Positions 18,062 through 27,041 of a DNA stretch of 43,116 bases are shown here, in pieces. Numbering within the stretch: the stretch's first letter is position 1; each line of letters begins with the position of its first letter. This stretch comes from a virus. Taxonomy: Duplodnaviria; Caudoviricetes. Both the position numbers and the translations under genes were made by a program. Under the pieces are notes generated by a model. The model was not told the DNA's origin, made no database searches, and saw only the letters and a list, made by a program, of their open reading frames with translations. The stretch lies in the IMG/VR virus record IMGVR_UViG_3300004241_000007, positions 1 to 43,116 of that record. The stretch is one strand, 5' to 3'.

Positions 18062-19555
18062 ATGCCTAATTATACGACAAATCTTAACTTGATACAACCT
18101 GTAGGTGACGAACAATTTACAGTAAATCACGTTAATGACAATGCAGACAAGATTGATGTTGCAGTTGGTGTATTACAAAATATTCCTGTTATTACAAAAG
18201 ACCCAACAGGGTTTACAAATAACAGTGACATCGTTATATCTTACAACTCGACAACTCGCAAAGTCACATTGACAGGAACATTCGAAGCATACTATAGAGG
18301 AAACAAAATACCATCTTTGGTAAGTGGTTGGGAAAGTCCTGCCCATGCTGATGTGCAAACAAGTTATTATTTATATTATGATGGTTCTAATATCGTTTTT
18401 AATACGACACCTTGGGACTTTGACATGTTAATGATTGCTTATGTTCAATATAACTCACATAAAATTGGTATTCGTGAAGTTCATGGTTTTATGCCTAGTT
18501 CTGTTCATCAAGTTATACATAATACTATTGGTTCATTCAAATGTTCAGGTGGAGATTTCTCTAGTTTTACATTGAATAGCACGGTGGCAACTAATCGTAG
18601 GCCGCAAATTAGTACCACATACGTTTGTGATGAAGATTTGAACTCAGTGGTTGCGGCACTAACAACTAATTCATACACTCAACGATGGTTAACCAGCACA
18701 GGAATTAGAAACCTATTGCCTGCTCAAACTGAAATAATTGCTAACAACGGCTCATTACCTTATTGGAACCAGTTCACAGGTGGAAATTGGGTACAAACAT
18801 TATTTAGTAATAATCAATATGGCGCAATATTTGTTGTGGCAATACCTGTGACAAGTGATACTGAGAGTCAAAAATACCGTTATATGTTTTCTCAACCACA
18901 GTTGGTGTCTACAAGTTTGTCAAACATCCAAAGTCTAACACCTAGCGATTTATCACATGGTGAGACATCATCATTACTGAGTGAATTTGTATTTATTGGA
19001 AAGATTATTATTAAGGCAAGTTCTACAAGTTGGTCTTTAATTAGTGTTGAAAAACTTGAAGGAACTAAGATTTCTCAAACTGCAATAAGTGGTTCGTATT
19101 TAAGCTCAGTTATAACTGATGCAACGTTAACAGGTAACGGTACTGCTGCAAGTCCATTAACTGTCGAAAATGATGGTCATACACATGATGAAAGATACTA
19201 CACTGAAACAGAACTTAATGCAGGTCAATTAGATACCAGGTACTACACGGAAACAGAAGTCGATACAATTGTTGGAGAATTAGCAACTTATACAGTTTAT
19301 ACTGCTACTATTCCTAGTGCTTCTTGGACAGGGGCTTCTGCACCATATTCTAAAGCAGTTACCGTAACAGGTATGTTAGCAACTGACAAGCCAATCATAG
19401 ATTTAGTATTAACAGGTACATACGCAACAGATGTTACTATGAGAACAAATTGGGCACAAGTCTATAGAGTAGTTACAAGTGCAAACACGATTACTTGTTA
19501 TGCCGATACAGTACCTACTGCAGACATAAGTATTCAACTTGTGGTGGTGAGATAA
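18062..19555 (+). CDS. Tail fibre protein
   Basis: N-terminal YTTNLNL..P...N.N.DKID; HTHDERYYTETE and LDTRYYTETE repeats; beta-rich C-terminus. Confidence 0.8.
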   Translation: MPNYTTNLNLIQPVGDEQFTVNHVNDNADKIDVAVGVLQNIPVITKDPTGFTNNSDIVISYNSTTRKVTLTGTFEAYYRGNKIPSLVSGWESPAHADVQTSYYLYYDGSNIVFNTTPWDFDMLMIAYVQYNSHKIGIREVHGFMPSSVHQVIHNTIGSFKCSGGDFSSFTLNSTVATNRRPQISTTYVCDEDLNSVVAALTTNSYTQRWLTSTGIRNLLPAQTEIIANNGSLPYWNQFTGGNWVQTLFSNNQYGAIFVVAIPVTSDTESQKYRYMFSQPQLVSTSLSNIQSLTPSDLSHGETSSLLSEFVFIGKIIIKASSTSWSLISVEKLEGTKISQTAISGSYLSSVITDATLTGNGTAASPLTVENDGHTHDERYYTETELNAGQLDTRYYTETEVDTIVGELATYTVYTATIPSASWTGASAPYSKAVTVTGMLATDKPIIDLVLTGTYATDVTMRTNWAQVYRVVTSANTITCYADTVPTADISIQLVVVR

Positions 19556-20082
19556 TGGCTGAGGCAGTATTAACTCGTAGAAGTATCGTTAAGAATGAAT
19601 ATGAACTTCTATATGATAACACAATCACCGGAAGTGCAACAAACACAGTAGATATAACAGGTCTTAATTTAGTTAAGGGTGAAGAATATGTTTTAGAAGC
19701 TGAAATAATCAACGCTGCAGGAGTATCTAAAGGTTATACGTTATACGTAAATGCGAACTATACTAATTCAAACTACTACTGCCAAGGGTTGGATGTTGCT
19801 TCGGCAACAATCGCTCAAGGTAGAGAAAACATTCCATACGCAATTTTAAACATTGCGTCTGGTCGTTCGTCTACAAGATGTCATATAAAAATAAGTGATA
19901 ACGGTATATTTACGTGGCAATCACATGTAACTAATGGCGTAGGCGGTTCTTCACTTGCTATTAGAGAATACTACGGAAGTTCAACTTTCACAATTACAAA
20001 TGCTACTTCATTAAGAATTTATGAAGCAACTGCATCAATAGGTATAGGTTCTAGATTTCAACTCTATAAGGTAGGTAAATAA
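19555..20082 (+). CDS. Tail-associated beta-rich protein (one copy of repeated domain)
   Basis: TAATG overlap start at 19555; ends GIGSRFQLYK. Confidence 0.75.
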   Translation: MAEAVLTRRSIVKNEYELLYDNTITGSATNTVDITGLNLVKGEEYVLEAEIINAAGVSKGYTLYVNANYTNSNYYCQGLDVASATIAQGRENIPYAILNIASGRSSTRCHIKISDNGIFTWQSHVTNGVGGSSLAIREYYGSSTFTITNATSLRIYEATASIGIGSRFQLYKVGK

Positions 20083-20083
20083 C

Positions 20084-21082
20084 ATGTCAGATGCAATATT
20101 AAAAAACACATTCAACAGAGTTAATCCTGCTTATGAATTGTTAGCAGATACAACCGTCGGAACAGCGACTACAAATGTTGATTTCAGCAGTTTGAGTTAC
20201 GGTAAAGATGACGAGTTAATGTTGGTTTCAACCATATATTCTGTTATTGGTACAAGTGTTGCGTTTTCATTGTTATACAATGCTAACTATACTGCAACAA
20301 ATTATTGGAGAGAAAGAATGGAAAGTAGTGGAACGTCAACAACTGGAGAAAGAGCAAATGATGCAGTGTTCTCATTTGTTAATGGAGCAAGACGAAATGT
20401 AAGTGTTAGTAAAATTAAGTTAGCAAATAACGGTTATATCGTTCAACAAACAAATACCACAAGAGAAATAGCAGGCAATACACTCATGTTGAATGACCAC
20501 TATGGCGCCACAACATTTACAGCAACATCAATCACATCAATAAGAATCGCAAGTTCAGGCGCAAATGGTATAGGCATCGGGTCAAGATTTCAATTGTATC
20601 GTTTGAAAGCAAAAGTCATGTTTGACCTTACTCTTGCGTCGACCGCAAATATAGTTAATATTCCAGATTTGACCATTGATAAAGGAAGTGAATATATGTT
20701 GGTTTCAACATTAGTAAGTGTAGCAAATACACCACACTTAATTCACTTCAATGGCAATAATACAAATACAAATTATTATGCACAAAGAGTTGCGGCTTAC
20801 GGAACAACTATGAACGGTGAAAGACAGAACTCTCCTTGGTTCTCATTAGGATTGAGTAGTGGTGTTGGCACATTTGCAAGAACATATATTAAATTAAACA
20901 ATAGCGGTTATATTACTTATCAATCTGATGTTAATCGCGGATTGAATAACATAGTTGAGTTGCATAAGTACTATGGTTCAAGCACATTTACAACCACGTC
21001 TATTACTTCAATACGCTTGTTTATAGATGCCGGTTTCCCATTCGGTATAGGTAGTAGATTTACATTATACAAGATGAAGTAG
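20084..21082 (+). CDS. Tail-associated beta-rich protein (two copies of repeated domain)
   Basis: Two GIGSRFxLY-terminated units paralogous to the previous gene. Confidence 0.8.
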   Translation: MSDAILKNTFNRVNPAYELLADTTVGTATTNVDFSSLSYGKDDELMLVSTIYSVIGTSVAFSLLYNANYTATNYWRERMESSGTSTTGERANDAVFSFVNGARRNVSVSKIKLANNGYIVQQTNTTREIAGNTLMLNDHYGATTFTATSITSIRIASSGANGIGIGSRFQLYRLKAKVMFDLTLASTANIVNIPDLTIDKGSEYMLVSTLVSVANTPHLIHFNGNNTNTNYYAQRVAAYGTTMNGERQNSPWFSLGLSSGVGTFARTYIKLNNSGYITYQSDVNRGLNNIVELHKYYGSSTFTTTSITSIRLFIDAGFPFGIGSRFTLYKMK

Positions 21083-21138
21083 CCAGTATATAAATGTAAA
21101 CTCATAGTATATAATATACATGTAGAAAGGAGAACAAC

Positions 21139-21330
21139 ATGACACAGAAAAAATGGCAAAGCCCAGTTTTATGGATGGCAGTCATATCGCAAGTATTAAG
21201 CATTTTGGTGTTAGGCAATGTCTTACCACTAGAAATTGCTGACCACTATAAAGCAATCTTAATTTTAGTGTTAGAACTATTGACAACCGTCGGTATTCTT
21301 AACAACCCTGATAGCAAAGTTAATTGGTAA
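21139..21330 (+). CDS. Holin
   Basis: Two hydrophobic helices, GILNNP motif, upstream of the lysin; GAAAGGAG RBS. Confidence 0.8.
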   Translation: MTQKKWQSPVLWMAVISQVLSILVLGNVLPLEIADHYKAILILVLELLTTVGILNNPDSKVNW

Positions 21331-21344
21331 GAGAGAGGTAAACT

Positions 21345-22253
21345 ATGAAGCCAAATACAGTATACAAAGACGTCAATGGCGTCGAATATGCAATGTGGCC
21401 AGGTCTCTATCTCAACACTACTCAAGGAATGGGGAATTCGTTCTCACATTTGGGAAGTATGTCAATCGATGATGCGGGTAAAGGCGTAGGAATATCTCAG
21501 TATTTCGCGCCTTCTAATGTTAAACTCAGATGGGCAGATAAGAAATCTGGTAATGGATTATGTTTCGAATCGGTTAATGCTTGTAATTTAGCAGATGGTG
21601 GTGTTGATTATTATCACTTCGTAATGTGGCATGACAATAATATCGATGACATGCGAAATCGAGTTGATGGTAAAACATTCGTACAAGGCACAAAGATATA
21701 CGACGAAGGTACTGCGGGTAATGCAACAGGCAATCACGTTCATATCGCAGTTGCTAAAGGTAAGTACCTAGGTGGTTATCCGTTAGTCCAGAATGAATTT
21801 GGTGTTTGGGAAATAAAGAATGAAGTACCTCCTATGAGTGTGTTCTTTATCGATGATACTGAAATCATAAAAGATATGGGTTATGTATGGGCAACAATAC
21901 CTGTCGATTCACAGGAAGACGATGGTGAAACAGAAGAAATTCTTGATAAGGAAACAAGCGAAACTGTAGAAGATTCAGCAGACGCGATTCCTGAACCTGT
22001 AGAAGTAAAACAGAAACCTGCCACACTTAAAGTTGGAAGCAGAGTCAAATTTAAGAACCCAGGCGCAATGAATTTATTATTTTCAACAAGGGGAAGAATA
22101 CCGTCATTTGTCAGAAATGCAGAACATTATATTGGTCAAGTAAGTATTGACAAAACCAAATGTTTATTAGTCAGGGAAGTTTCTAAGACAGGTCTAATTA
22201 CTAAAAAAGGTATCTATTCTTGGGTATTTGCTAAAGACATAGAATTGGTGTAA
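21345..22253 (+). CDS. Endolysin: M23-like peptidase, acidic linker, SH3-like cell-wall domain
   Basis: SH....ID, EGTAGNATGNHVH (HxH); C-terminal LKVGSRVK...SWV..KDI. Confidence 0.75.
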   Translation: MKPNTVYKDVNGVEYAMWPGLYLNTTQGMGNSFSHLGSMSIDDAGKGVGISQYFAPSNVKLRWADKKSGNGLCFESVNACNLADGGVDYYHFVMWHDNNIDDMRNRVDGKTFVQGTKIYDEGTAGNATGNHVHIAVAKGKYLGGYPLVQNEFGVWEIKNEVPPMSVFFIDDTEIIKDMGYVWATIPVDSQEDDGETEEILDKETSETVEDSADAIPEPVEVKQKPATLKVGSRVKFKNPGAMNLLFSTRGRIPSFVRNAEHYIGQVSIDKTKCLLVREVSKTGLITKKGIYSWVFAKDIELV

Positions 22254-22257
22254 TGCG

Positions 22258-22536
22258 ATGCCAGATGTACCAATGAACATGCTTGAAAAATTAGACAAAG
22301 TATTTACCGACATAAATGATATTAAGATTAAAGTTGCCAAGATAGACTCATACATAGAGTATGCACCTAAATTAGATACTGAAAAGCATAATGGATTAGA
22401 AGAACGATTTGTACGAGTAGAAGAAAGAGTTAAGTCATTGGAACATTCTCAGATATGGGCTTATCGATTAATCATAACAACAACTCTGTCAACCATTGTA
22501 AGTATTATTCTAACAATTATGAATTTACAACAATAA
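22258..22536 (+). CDS. XhlA-like membrane protein / second holin-like protein
   Basis: Coiled coil, RV..LE....W..RLII, and C-terminal TM helix. Confidence 0.7.
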   Translation: MPDVPMNMLEKLDKVFTDINDIKIKVAKIDSYIEYAPKLDTEKHNGLEERFVRVEERVKSLEHSQIWAYRLIITTTLSTIVSIILTIMNLQQ

Positions 22537-22556
22537 GCCGAAAGGCTTATTTTTTT
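22532..22556 (+). terminator. Terminator of the late operon
   Basis: AATAAGCC-GAAA-GGCTTATT followed by a T-tract. Confidence 0.9.
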
Positions 22557-22561
22557 CATTT

Positions 22562-22676
22562 AGGTTAATAAAGTTAATGAAGTTAAAGAATGATACCAAC
22601 GAAATATTAAAAATAAATTATGTATAACTTAATATTTTTTCATTAACTTCATTAACTTCATTAACTTCATTAACTT
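22562..22676. repeat. Inverted iteron element B (candidate origin)
   Basis: Three AAGTTAATG-like repeats, a 52-bp core, then four exact CATTAACTT. Confidence 0.8.
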
Positions 22677-22689
22677 TTGTAAGTAATAG

Positions 22690-22718
22690 TTTACAAACAG
22701 TTAATATTGTGTTATAAT
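22690..22718 (+). promoter_or_regulatory. Promoter P5
   Basis: TTTACA-17 bp (AACAGTTAATATTGTGT)-TATAAT. Confidence 0.85.
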
Positions 22719-22743
22719 GTATTTATAAAAAGGAGAATACATT

Positions 22744-23172
22744 ATGATATTCGAAAGTAAAAGAAAAGTGAGTGCAGTTAAGTTCGATGGTAATAATATT
22801 AATGATGTTAGAAAACTTATGGGGCATATGTTGTTATCAGGTAGAGTATGGGAATTAGTGGTAGAGTATGTTTCAGCGAATGGTTATGCGATTAATATTG
22901 ACGAAAAATTAAGAATATTAAAAGTTGGTGATTATCTTGTAAGAGAAAAAGGTAAGTTTCAAATCATGTCTGCGAAATACTTTGAAGACACATTCAAACC
23001 ATCGTTTCCAAGTGACCTTGAAGAACAATGCGAAGAATTTGTAATTGATAGAGTATGTATGTTTATTGAAGAATTTTATAACAATAAATCTGTAGTCGAC
23101 GTTAACAAATTCAAACTTAATTTATTGCACGAAATCGACCTAACTAGAAAAGATAATGGTCACACAGTATGA
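22744..23172 (+). CDS. Hypothetical phage protein
   Basis: AAGGAG RBS; V.AVKFDG.N and VGDYLV...G.F......F..TF pattern common in phages. Confidence 0.8.
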   Translation: MIFESKRKVSAVKFDGNNINDVRKLMGHMLLSGRVWELVVEYVSANGYAINIDEKLRILKVGDYLVREKGKFQIMSAKYFEDTFKPSFPSDLEEQCEEFVIDRVCMFIEEFYNNKSVVDVNKFKLNLLHEIDLTRKDNGHTV

Positions 23173-23444
23173 GTAAAGAACAAATTGCATTAAACAAAAT
23201 AAACGAGTTCAGTATTGATAGTGACTATGAAGAGGTTAAATTAAGTCAATGTTTCAAACCTGAACTTGAAACACTTCAAACACTTATTACTAAACACGAG
23301 AAGTTAGTTGGGTATTTGAATAAACGAAAGAATAAATTTGAAACTGATATTACGTATACTGATTTTGAAGCTCATTATAATCAAGGTTGCGAATTTGTGG
23401 TAAATGATATATTAGAGTATCTAGAAACAGGAGAATTAAAATGA
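23169..23444 (+). CDS. Hypothetical protein
   Basis: Overlapping start and stop with both neighbours. Confidence 0.75.
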   Translation: MSKEQIALNKINEFSIDSDYEEVKLSQCFKPELETLQTLITKHEKLVGYLNKRKNKFETDITYTDFEAHYNQGCEFVVNDILEYLETGELK

Positions 23445-24034
23445 GATTTGAAACAATAATTAGTGATGATGCTTTCTTCAATACACATATTAGAGGTACA
23501 ACTGGTATTTTAGGAAGAATATTTGGTGACGAAGAATTCGCTAATATTCCACCTGCAGTTTTGGAAGAAGCAATGAGACGAGGCAGTGCAGTACATAAAG
23601 CAATCGAAGAATTTTCTACAACAGGTGCAAGATTAACAATGCGTGTTGAAGACCTACCGTACTTTGAAAGTTTTATGCAGTGGTATAATAAATACAACCC
23701 TGAATTCGTGGGTGCTGAATTAAAATTATTGTCTGAGCGATTAGGTTTCAAAGGTGTAATTGATGCATTGTTTATTGTAGATAACACATTAGTCATGTGT
23801 GATTATAAGACATCGTCAAAATTAAACATGACAAAGGTTACTCTACAATTGAATATGTATTTGGCGTTATTGGAAGACTCAGGTTTATTAGATGGTTTTT
23901 GTCTTCAAATTACAGATTTAAGAGTCTTACAAATCACAAAAACAAAATTCAAATATGTTAAGGTTGACATTGACAAAGACTTACACAGAGCTGTGATGAA
24001 ATTATACAACTTAAAGGTACAACACAATGAATGA
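23441..24034 (+). CDS. PD-(D/E)XK exonuclease (RecB/Cas4-like fold)
   Basis: RGSAVH, E......G..GVID, CDYKTS and QL..Y motifs. Confidence 0.88.
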   Translation: MRFETIISDDAFFNTHIRGTTGILGRIFGDEEFANIPPAVLEEAMRRGSAVHKAIEEFSTTGARLTMRVEDLPYFESFMQWYNKYNPEFVGAELKLLSERLGFKGVIDALFIVDNTLVMCDYKTSSKLNMTKVTLQLNMYLALLEDSGLLDGFCLQITDLRVLQITKTKFKYVKVDIDKDLHRAVMKLYNLKVQHNE

Positions 24035-24248
24035 GTATATTCAAACTGCAAATTGTGCAGTTAAAAAACAACAAAAAGATTTTCTAACAAGAACAAATGT
24101 ATATTTAGAGCTATCGGACATGACGTATACTGTTATTTTTCAATCACTTGAACGTACTATTTTCACACAAATGATTAACGGTAACCCTTCGACTAACACG
24201 TTTATCTGTTCTACAGAACTATTTGATGCTTGTTTTAAAAAATTGTAA
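24027..24248 (+). CDS. Hypothetical protein
   Basis: AAAGG RBS, coupled start. Confidence 0.65.
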   Translation: MNEYIQTANCAVKKQQKDFLTRTNVYLELSDMTYTVIFQSLERTIFTQMINGNPSTNTFICSTELFDACFKKL

Positions 24249-24265
24249 TATATTACAAATAAGTA

Positions 24266-24294
24266 TTTACAATTGTTTAATATAATGTTATAAT
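24266..24294 (+). promoter_or_regulatory. Promoter P6
   Basis: TTTACA-17 bp-TG-n-TATAAT in an intergenic gap. Confidence 0.75.
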
Positions 24295-24322
24295 AAATAT
24301 ATACAAAAGGAACTTGAAAATT

Positions 24323-24646
24323 ATGAAAACTTCTAATTCACAAACTATTATTTTGACCAAAGAGGGTATCGCATTCGATGTTAGCTTACCACCCGAAATG
24401 CTATTCGAAGTTGGTGTTGATTTATTAAAAGCTAAAAATCTTGATGTTGATAACGTGCTTGATGCTGTGTATGACAAAGACGAAACAATAACCATTAAAT
24501 TTAAGTTATGCATTGATGGTGATATTAAATTTGTTTTATTCGAAGACACATTGGACGTTGTTGATTTACAGTTATTTATTAAAGCATTATTATTACCGAA
24601 GTATTACGAGTTATTTGGAAAGGAGAACGACAATGCAAAACATTAA
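24323..24646 (+). CDS. Hypothetical protein
   Basis: Downstream of P6; AAGGA RBS. Confidence 0.7.
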   Translation: MKTSNSQTIILTKEGIAFDVSLPPEMLFEVGVDLLKAKNLDVDNVLDAVYDKDETITIKFKLCIDGDIKFVLFEDTLDVVDLQLFIKALLLPKYYELFGKENDNAKH

Positions 24647-24776
24647 ACGATTATTATCTGAATATAAAAATGAACACTTCAAACCATTCATTTTAGTCAC
24701 ACTATTACTTTATGTTTTAACATTCGCATTAGTTGTAATTGCGATTGCATATTGCTTCATATGCTTGATAACATGA
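24633..24776 (+). CDS. Small membrane protein (47 aa)
   Basis: GAAAGGAG RBS before ATG 24633; one hydrophobic helix. Confidence 0.7.
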   Translation: MQNIKRLLSEYKNEHFKPFILVTLLLYVLTFALVVIAIAYCFICLIT

Positions 24777-25102
24777 AAGGTCAAGTAACAATGGAGTTAG
24801 ATGACTACACAGCCATCGTTAGAGAATTAGAAAACGTTAAAAACGAAAATGAGCGACTTGAAAATCAAATGATTGGTCAAGGTCACTCAGTTGAAAAAAT
24901 ACTTGTTGGTCTATGTAGAAAATACTATAACTATTTCGACTACGACACAAAAACAAAACGGTTCGATATTAGAGAATATTATCAACGTGAAGTTCTCGGT
25001 TTGGGTGTATCACTTGAACACATAGAATTTATGAAAGATTGGTTGTTGGCAGACAAAATACGCGCAGAAAAAGCAGATGAAAAAGACGATGAAGAAGAAT
25101 AA
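24773..25102 (+). CDS. Hypothetical protein
   Basis: ATGA coupling at 24773. Confidence 0.75.
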   Translation: MKGQVTMELDDYTAIVRELENVKNENERLENQMIGQGHSVEKILVGLCRKYYNYFDYDTKTKRFDIREYYQREVLGLGVSLEHIEFMKDWLLADKIRAEKADEKDDEEE

Positions 25103-25250
25103 ACAGTTTAAAATTGTAATGTCAAATACGTATTATGTCACTGCAGAAGATAAAGATGCAGCAAAAGAAAAATTCGAAAAGATGCTACGAGAAAATAAGA
25201 TACGGGTTAACAGTTATAACACGTTATGTATCGACGAGGTGGGACAATGA
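25089..25250 (+). CDS. Hypothetical 53-aa protein (absent from the ORF track)
   Basis: MKKNKQFKIVMSNTYYVTAEDKDAAKEKFE...DEVGQ; fills the gap and ends in an ATGA overlap. Confidence 0.65.
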   Translation: MKKNKQFKIVMSNTYYVTAEDKDAAKEKFEKMLRENKIRVNSYNTLCIDEVGQ

Positions 25251-25531
25251 CAAACGAAGAATTAATTGAATTTGTAAAACGAAAAGCCAGATATTCAAGA
25301 AAAGTTAATCGACAACCATGGGTTGAGATACTAACAGTTCTTGAACGAGACGAACGTAGAGAAAATTCATTGGCAAAACAACTTAGAAAAATGGGAATTT
25401 CTCAAAACGAAGTTGCAGATAAAATGAATGTTGCTCAATGTACAGTATCGTTATATCTTAGCGGTAAACGAAAACCACCTGAATGGTTTTCAGAAAAATT
25501 AAAAGAAGTTGTGAACTTTGAAATGGGGTAA
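25247..25531 (+). CDS. XRE-family HTH protein
   Basis: GISQNEVADKMNVAQCTVSLYLSGKRKP; GAGGTGG RBS. Confidence 0.88.
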   Translation: MTNEELIEFVKRKARYSRKVNRQPWVEILTVLERDERRENSLAKQLRKMGISQNEVADKMNVAQCTVSLYLSGKRKPPEWFSEKLKEVVNFEMG

Positions 25532-25534
25532 CTT

Positions 25535-25987
25535 ATGAGTATGACGTCGGAAACACATAAGGCATACAATGCTTTATCAACAGGAATGTGTGTTAGTTTA
25601 ATTGAACTATTCATGAGAGATATTTGTTACTCTCATGATGATAGAGAGTTATTAGAAGTTAGATTAGAACTATTAACACTACTTATAGATAAAATATTAG
25701 CTAACACGCCACTTAATGGCAATGTATATAGAAAATACTATGACTTAAGAAATAAAATAGCAAATCGATTGATGCCTAACGCTTTCACTGTAGAGATTAG
25801 TGCCAAAGCATTCGACGGTGTGTTTAACCAAAAATTCCCACACGGTTTTAAAAAACATTTGTTGTTTACAATGAAAGAGGAAAGCATTGTTAATCAGTTT
25901 AGATATGCTGTCGGTAAAGATGAATTTGAGATTTGTCAATATCTTGTCAGTCCAGAGATTATTTCTAGATTAAAAATAATTTATTAA
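25535..25987 (+). CDS. Hypothetical protein
   Basis: 150-aa ORF in operon context. Confidence 0.7.
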   Translation: MSMTSETHKAYNALSTGMCVSLIELFMRDICYSHDDRELLEVRLELLTLLIDKILANTPLNGNVYRKYYDLRNKIANRLMPNAFTVEISAKAFDGVFNQKFPHGFKKHLLFTMKEESIVNQFRYAVGKDEFEICQYLVSPEIISRLKIIY

Positions 25988-26001
25988 AAGGAGGAACGAA
26001 T

Positions 26002-26316
26002 ATGAATGAGTCCCAATTGGTTGCGAAGATTAAAAAATACTTAAAAGAAAAAGGCGCATATGTAGAAAAAATTTGGGGCGGAGGGTTTCAATCTGCAGGT
26101 ATTCCTGATATTATCGCTTGTTATAAAGGAAGGTTTCTAGGAATTGAAGTTAAAGTTGGTAATAACAAACCTTCTGAAATTCAATTAGTTAAACTTGAAA
26201 GAATTAATAACGCAGGTGGTGTTGGAATTGCGGTGTGGTCATTAAAAGAAGTTGTTGATTTGATAGACTATTTAGATAACGGTAAAGAAAAAGAAATGAG
26301 AGACTGGAGCAAGTAA
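26002..26316 (+). CDS. VRR-NUC domain nuclease (resolvase-like)
   Basis: MNE......I..YL, GIPDI, GIEVK and S..Q motifs. Confidence 0.92.
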   Translation: MNESQLVAKIKKYLKEKGAYVEKIWGGGFQSAGIPDIIACYKGRFLGIEVKVGNNKPSEIQLVKLERINNAGGVGIAVWSLKEVVDLIDYLDNGKEKEMRDWSK

Positions 26317-26753
26317 TGGACAAGTTTAAAGAATTTGAAAGACTATTAGAATTAAAGGCAAAGACAAAACAATTGATGTCTGACAAAGGTTATACTAATT
26401 TCGAAATGGCTAAGAAGTTATACATTACACCACAATATTTAAGCAGATTATTAAATTATAGCATTACTGCTGAGATATACATATTAGAAAAAATGTATAA
26501 GAAAATGTCTAAGTTCGAACAATTAAAACCTGAAATTGAATTTGACGCAAACCTAGTAGAACAACGAATTACTCGAATTGAGATGAATATCACTAGCTTC
26601 GCAAAAGAGCTTCCGAAATATTACACTTACGCAACTGTGAGAAGAGTAATCAGAGAACGTTACCCGAGTAAAGATTACGAATTATTAAAAGAAATACTGT
26701 CAACATTAGAAAGGTTGGAAAAACAATATGCGCAAAAAAGGAAGAAATTATAA
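26316..26753 (+). CDS. Tandem HTH-like DNA-binding protein
   Basis: TNFEMAKKLYITPQYLSRLLN and ITSFAKEL...TYATVRRVI. Confidence 0.7.
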   Translation: MDKFKEFERLLELKAKTKQLMSDKGYTNFEMAKKLYITPQYLSRLLNYSITAEIYILEKMYKKMSKFEQLKPEIEFDANLVEQRITRIEMNITSFAKELPKYYTYATVRRVIRERYPSKDYELLKEILSTLERLEKQYAQKRKKL

Positions 26754-26838
26754 TAAACCGAGCAAACGAAATACATTAGATATTTTGTTAGAAGGAATAT
26801 TTATGGAATTAGTAAAGGCTATCGTTAAGAAAAAATGA
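26728..26838 (+). CDS. Possible 36-aa peptide (absent from the ORF track)
   Basis: MRKKGRNYNKPSKRNTLDILLEGIFMELVKAIVKKK; ATGA-coupled to the next gene. Confidence 0.45.
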   Translation: MRKKGRNYNKPSKRNTLDILLEGIFMELVKAIVKKK

Positions 26839-27041
26839 ATTACGACGCATCACATTATATCAAAGCTGCGATGTATATCGTAAAACAATTTCCTGATTTA
26901 ACGCTTAAAGATTTTAAGAAGATGCTTCGTAAAAAAGCAGGCAAAGGATTAGATTGTAATTTTGAACAACTATATAAAGAATATTTGGAGCACCGAAATG
27001 ATTTACAACAAACTGTATCAGTACCAAAAGAGAATAGTTGA
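26835..27041 (+). CDS. Hypothetical protein
   Basis: 68 aa, coupled start. Confidence 0.6.
   Translation: MNYDASHYIKAAMYIVKQFPDLTLKDFKKMLRKKAGKGLDCNFEQLYKEYLEHRNDLQQTVSVPKENS

Noticed and set aside
19555-21082. Diversity-generating retroelement target/template repeats
   Set aside because: No reverse transcriptase; the repeats are diverged at protein level throughout and I saw no adenine-specific near-identical pair.
23441-24034. CRISPR-associated Cas4
   Set aside because: Lacks the four-Cys Fe-S motif and any cas context; an ordinary phage PD-(D/E)XK exonuclease.
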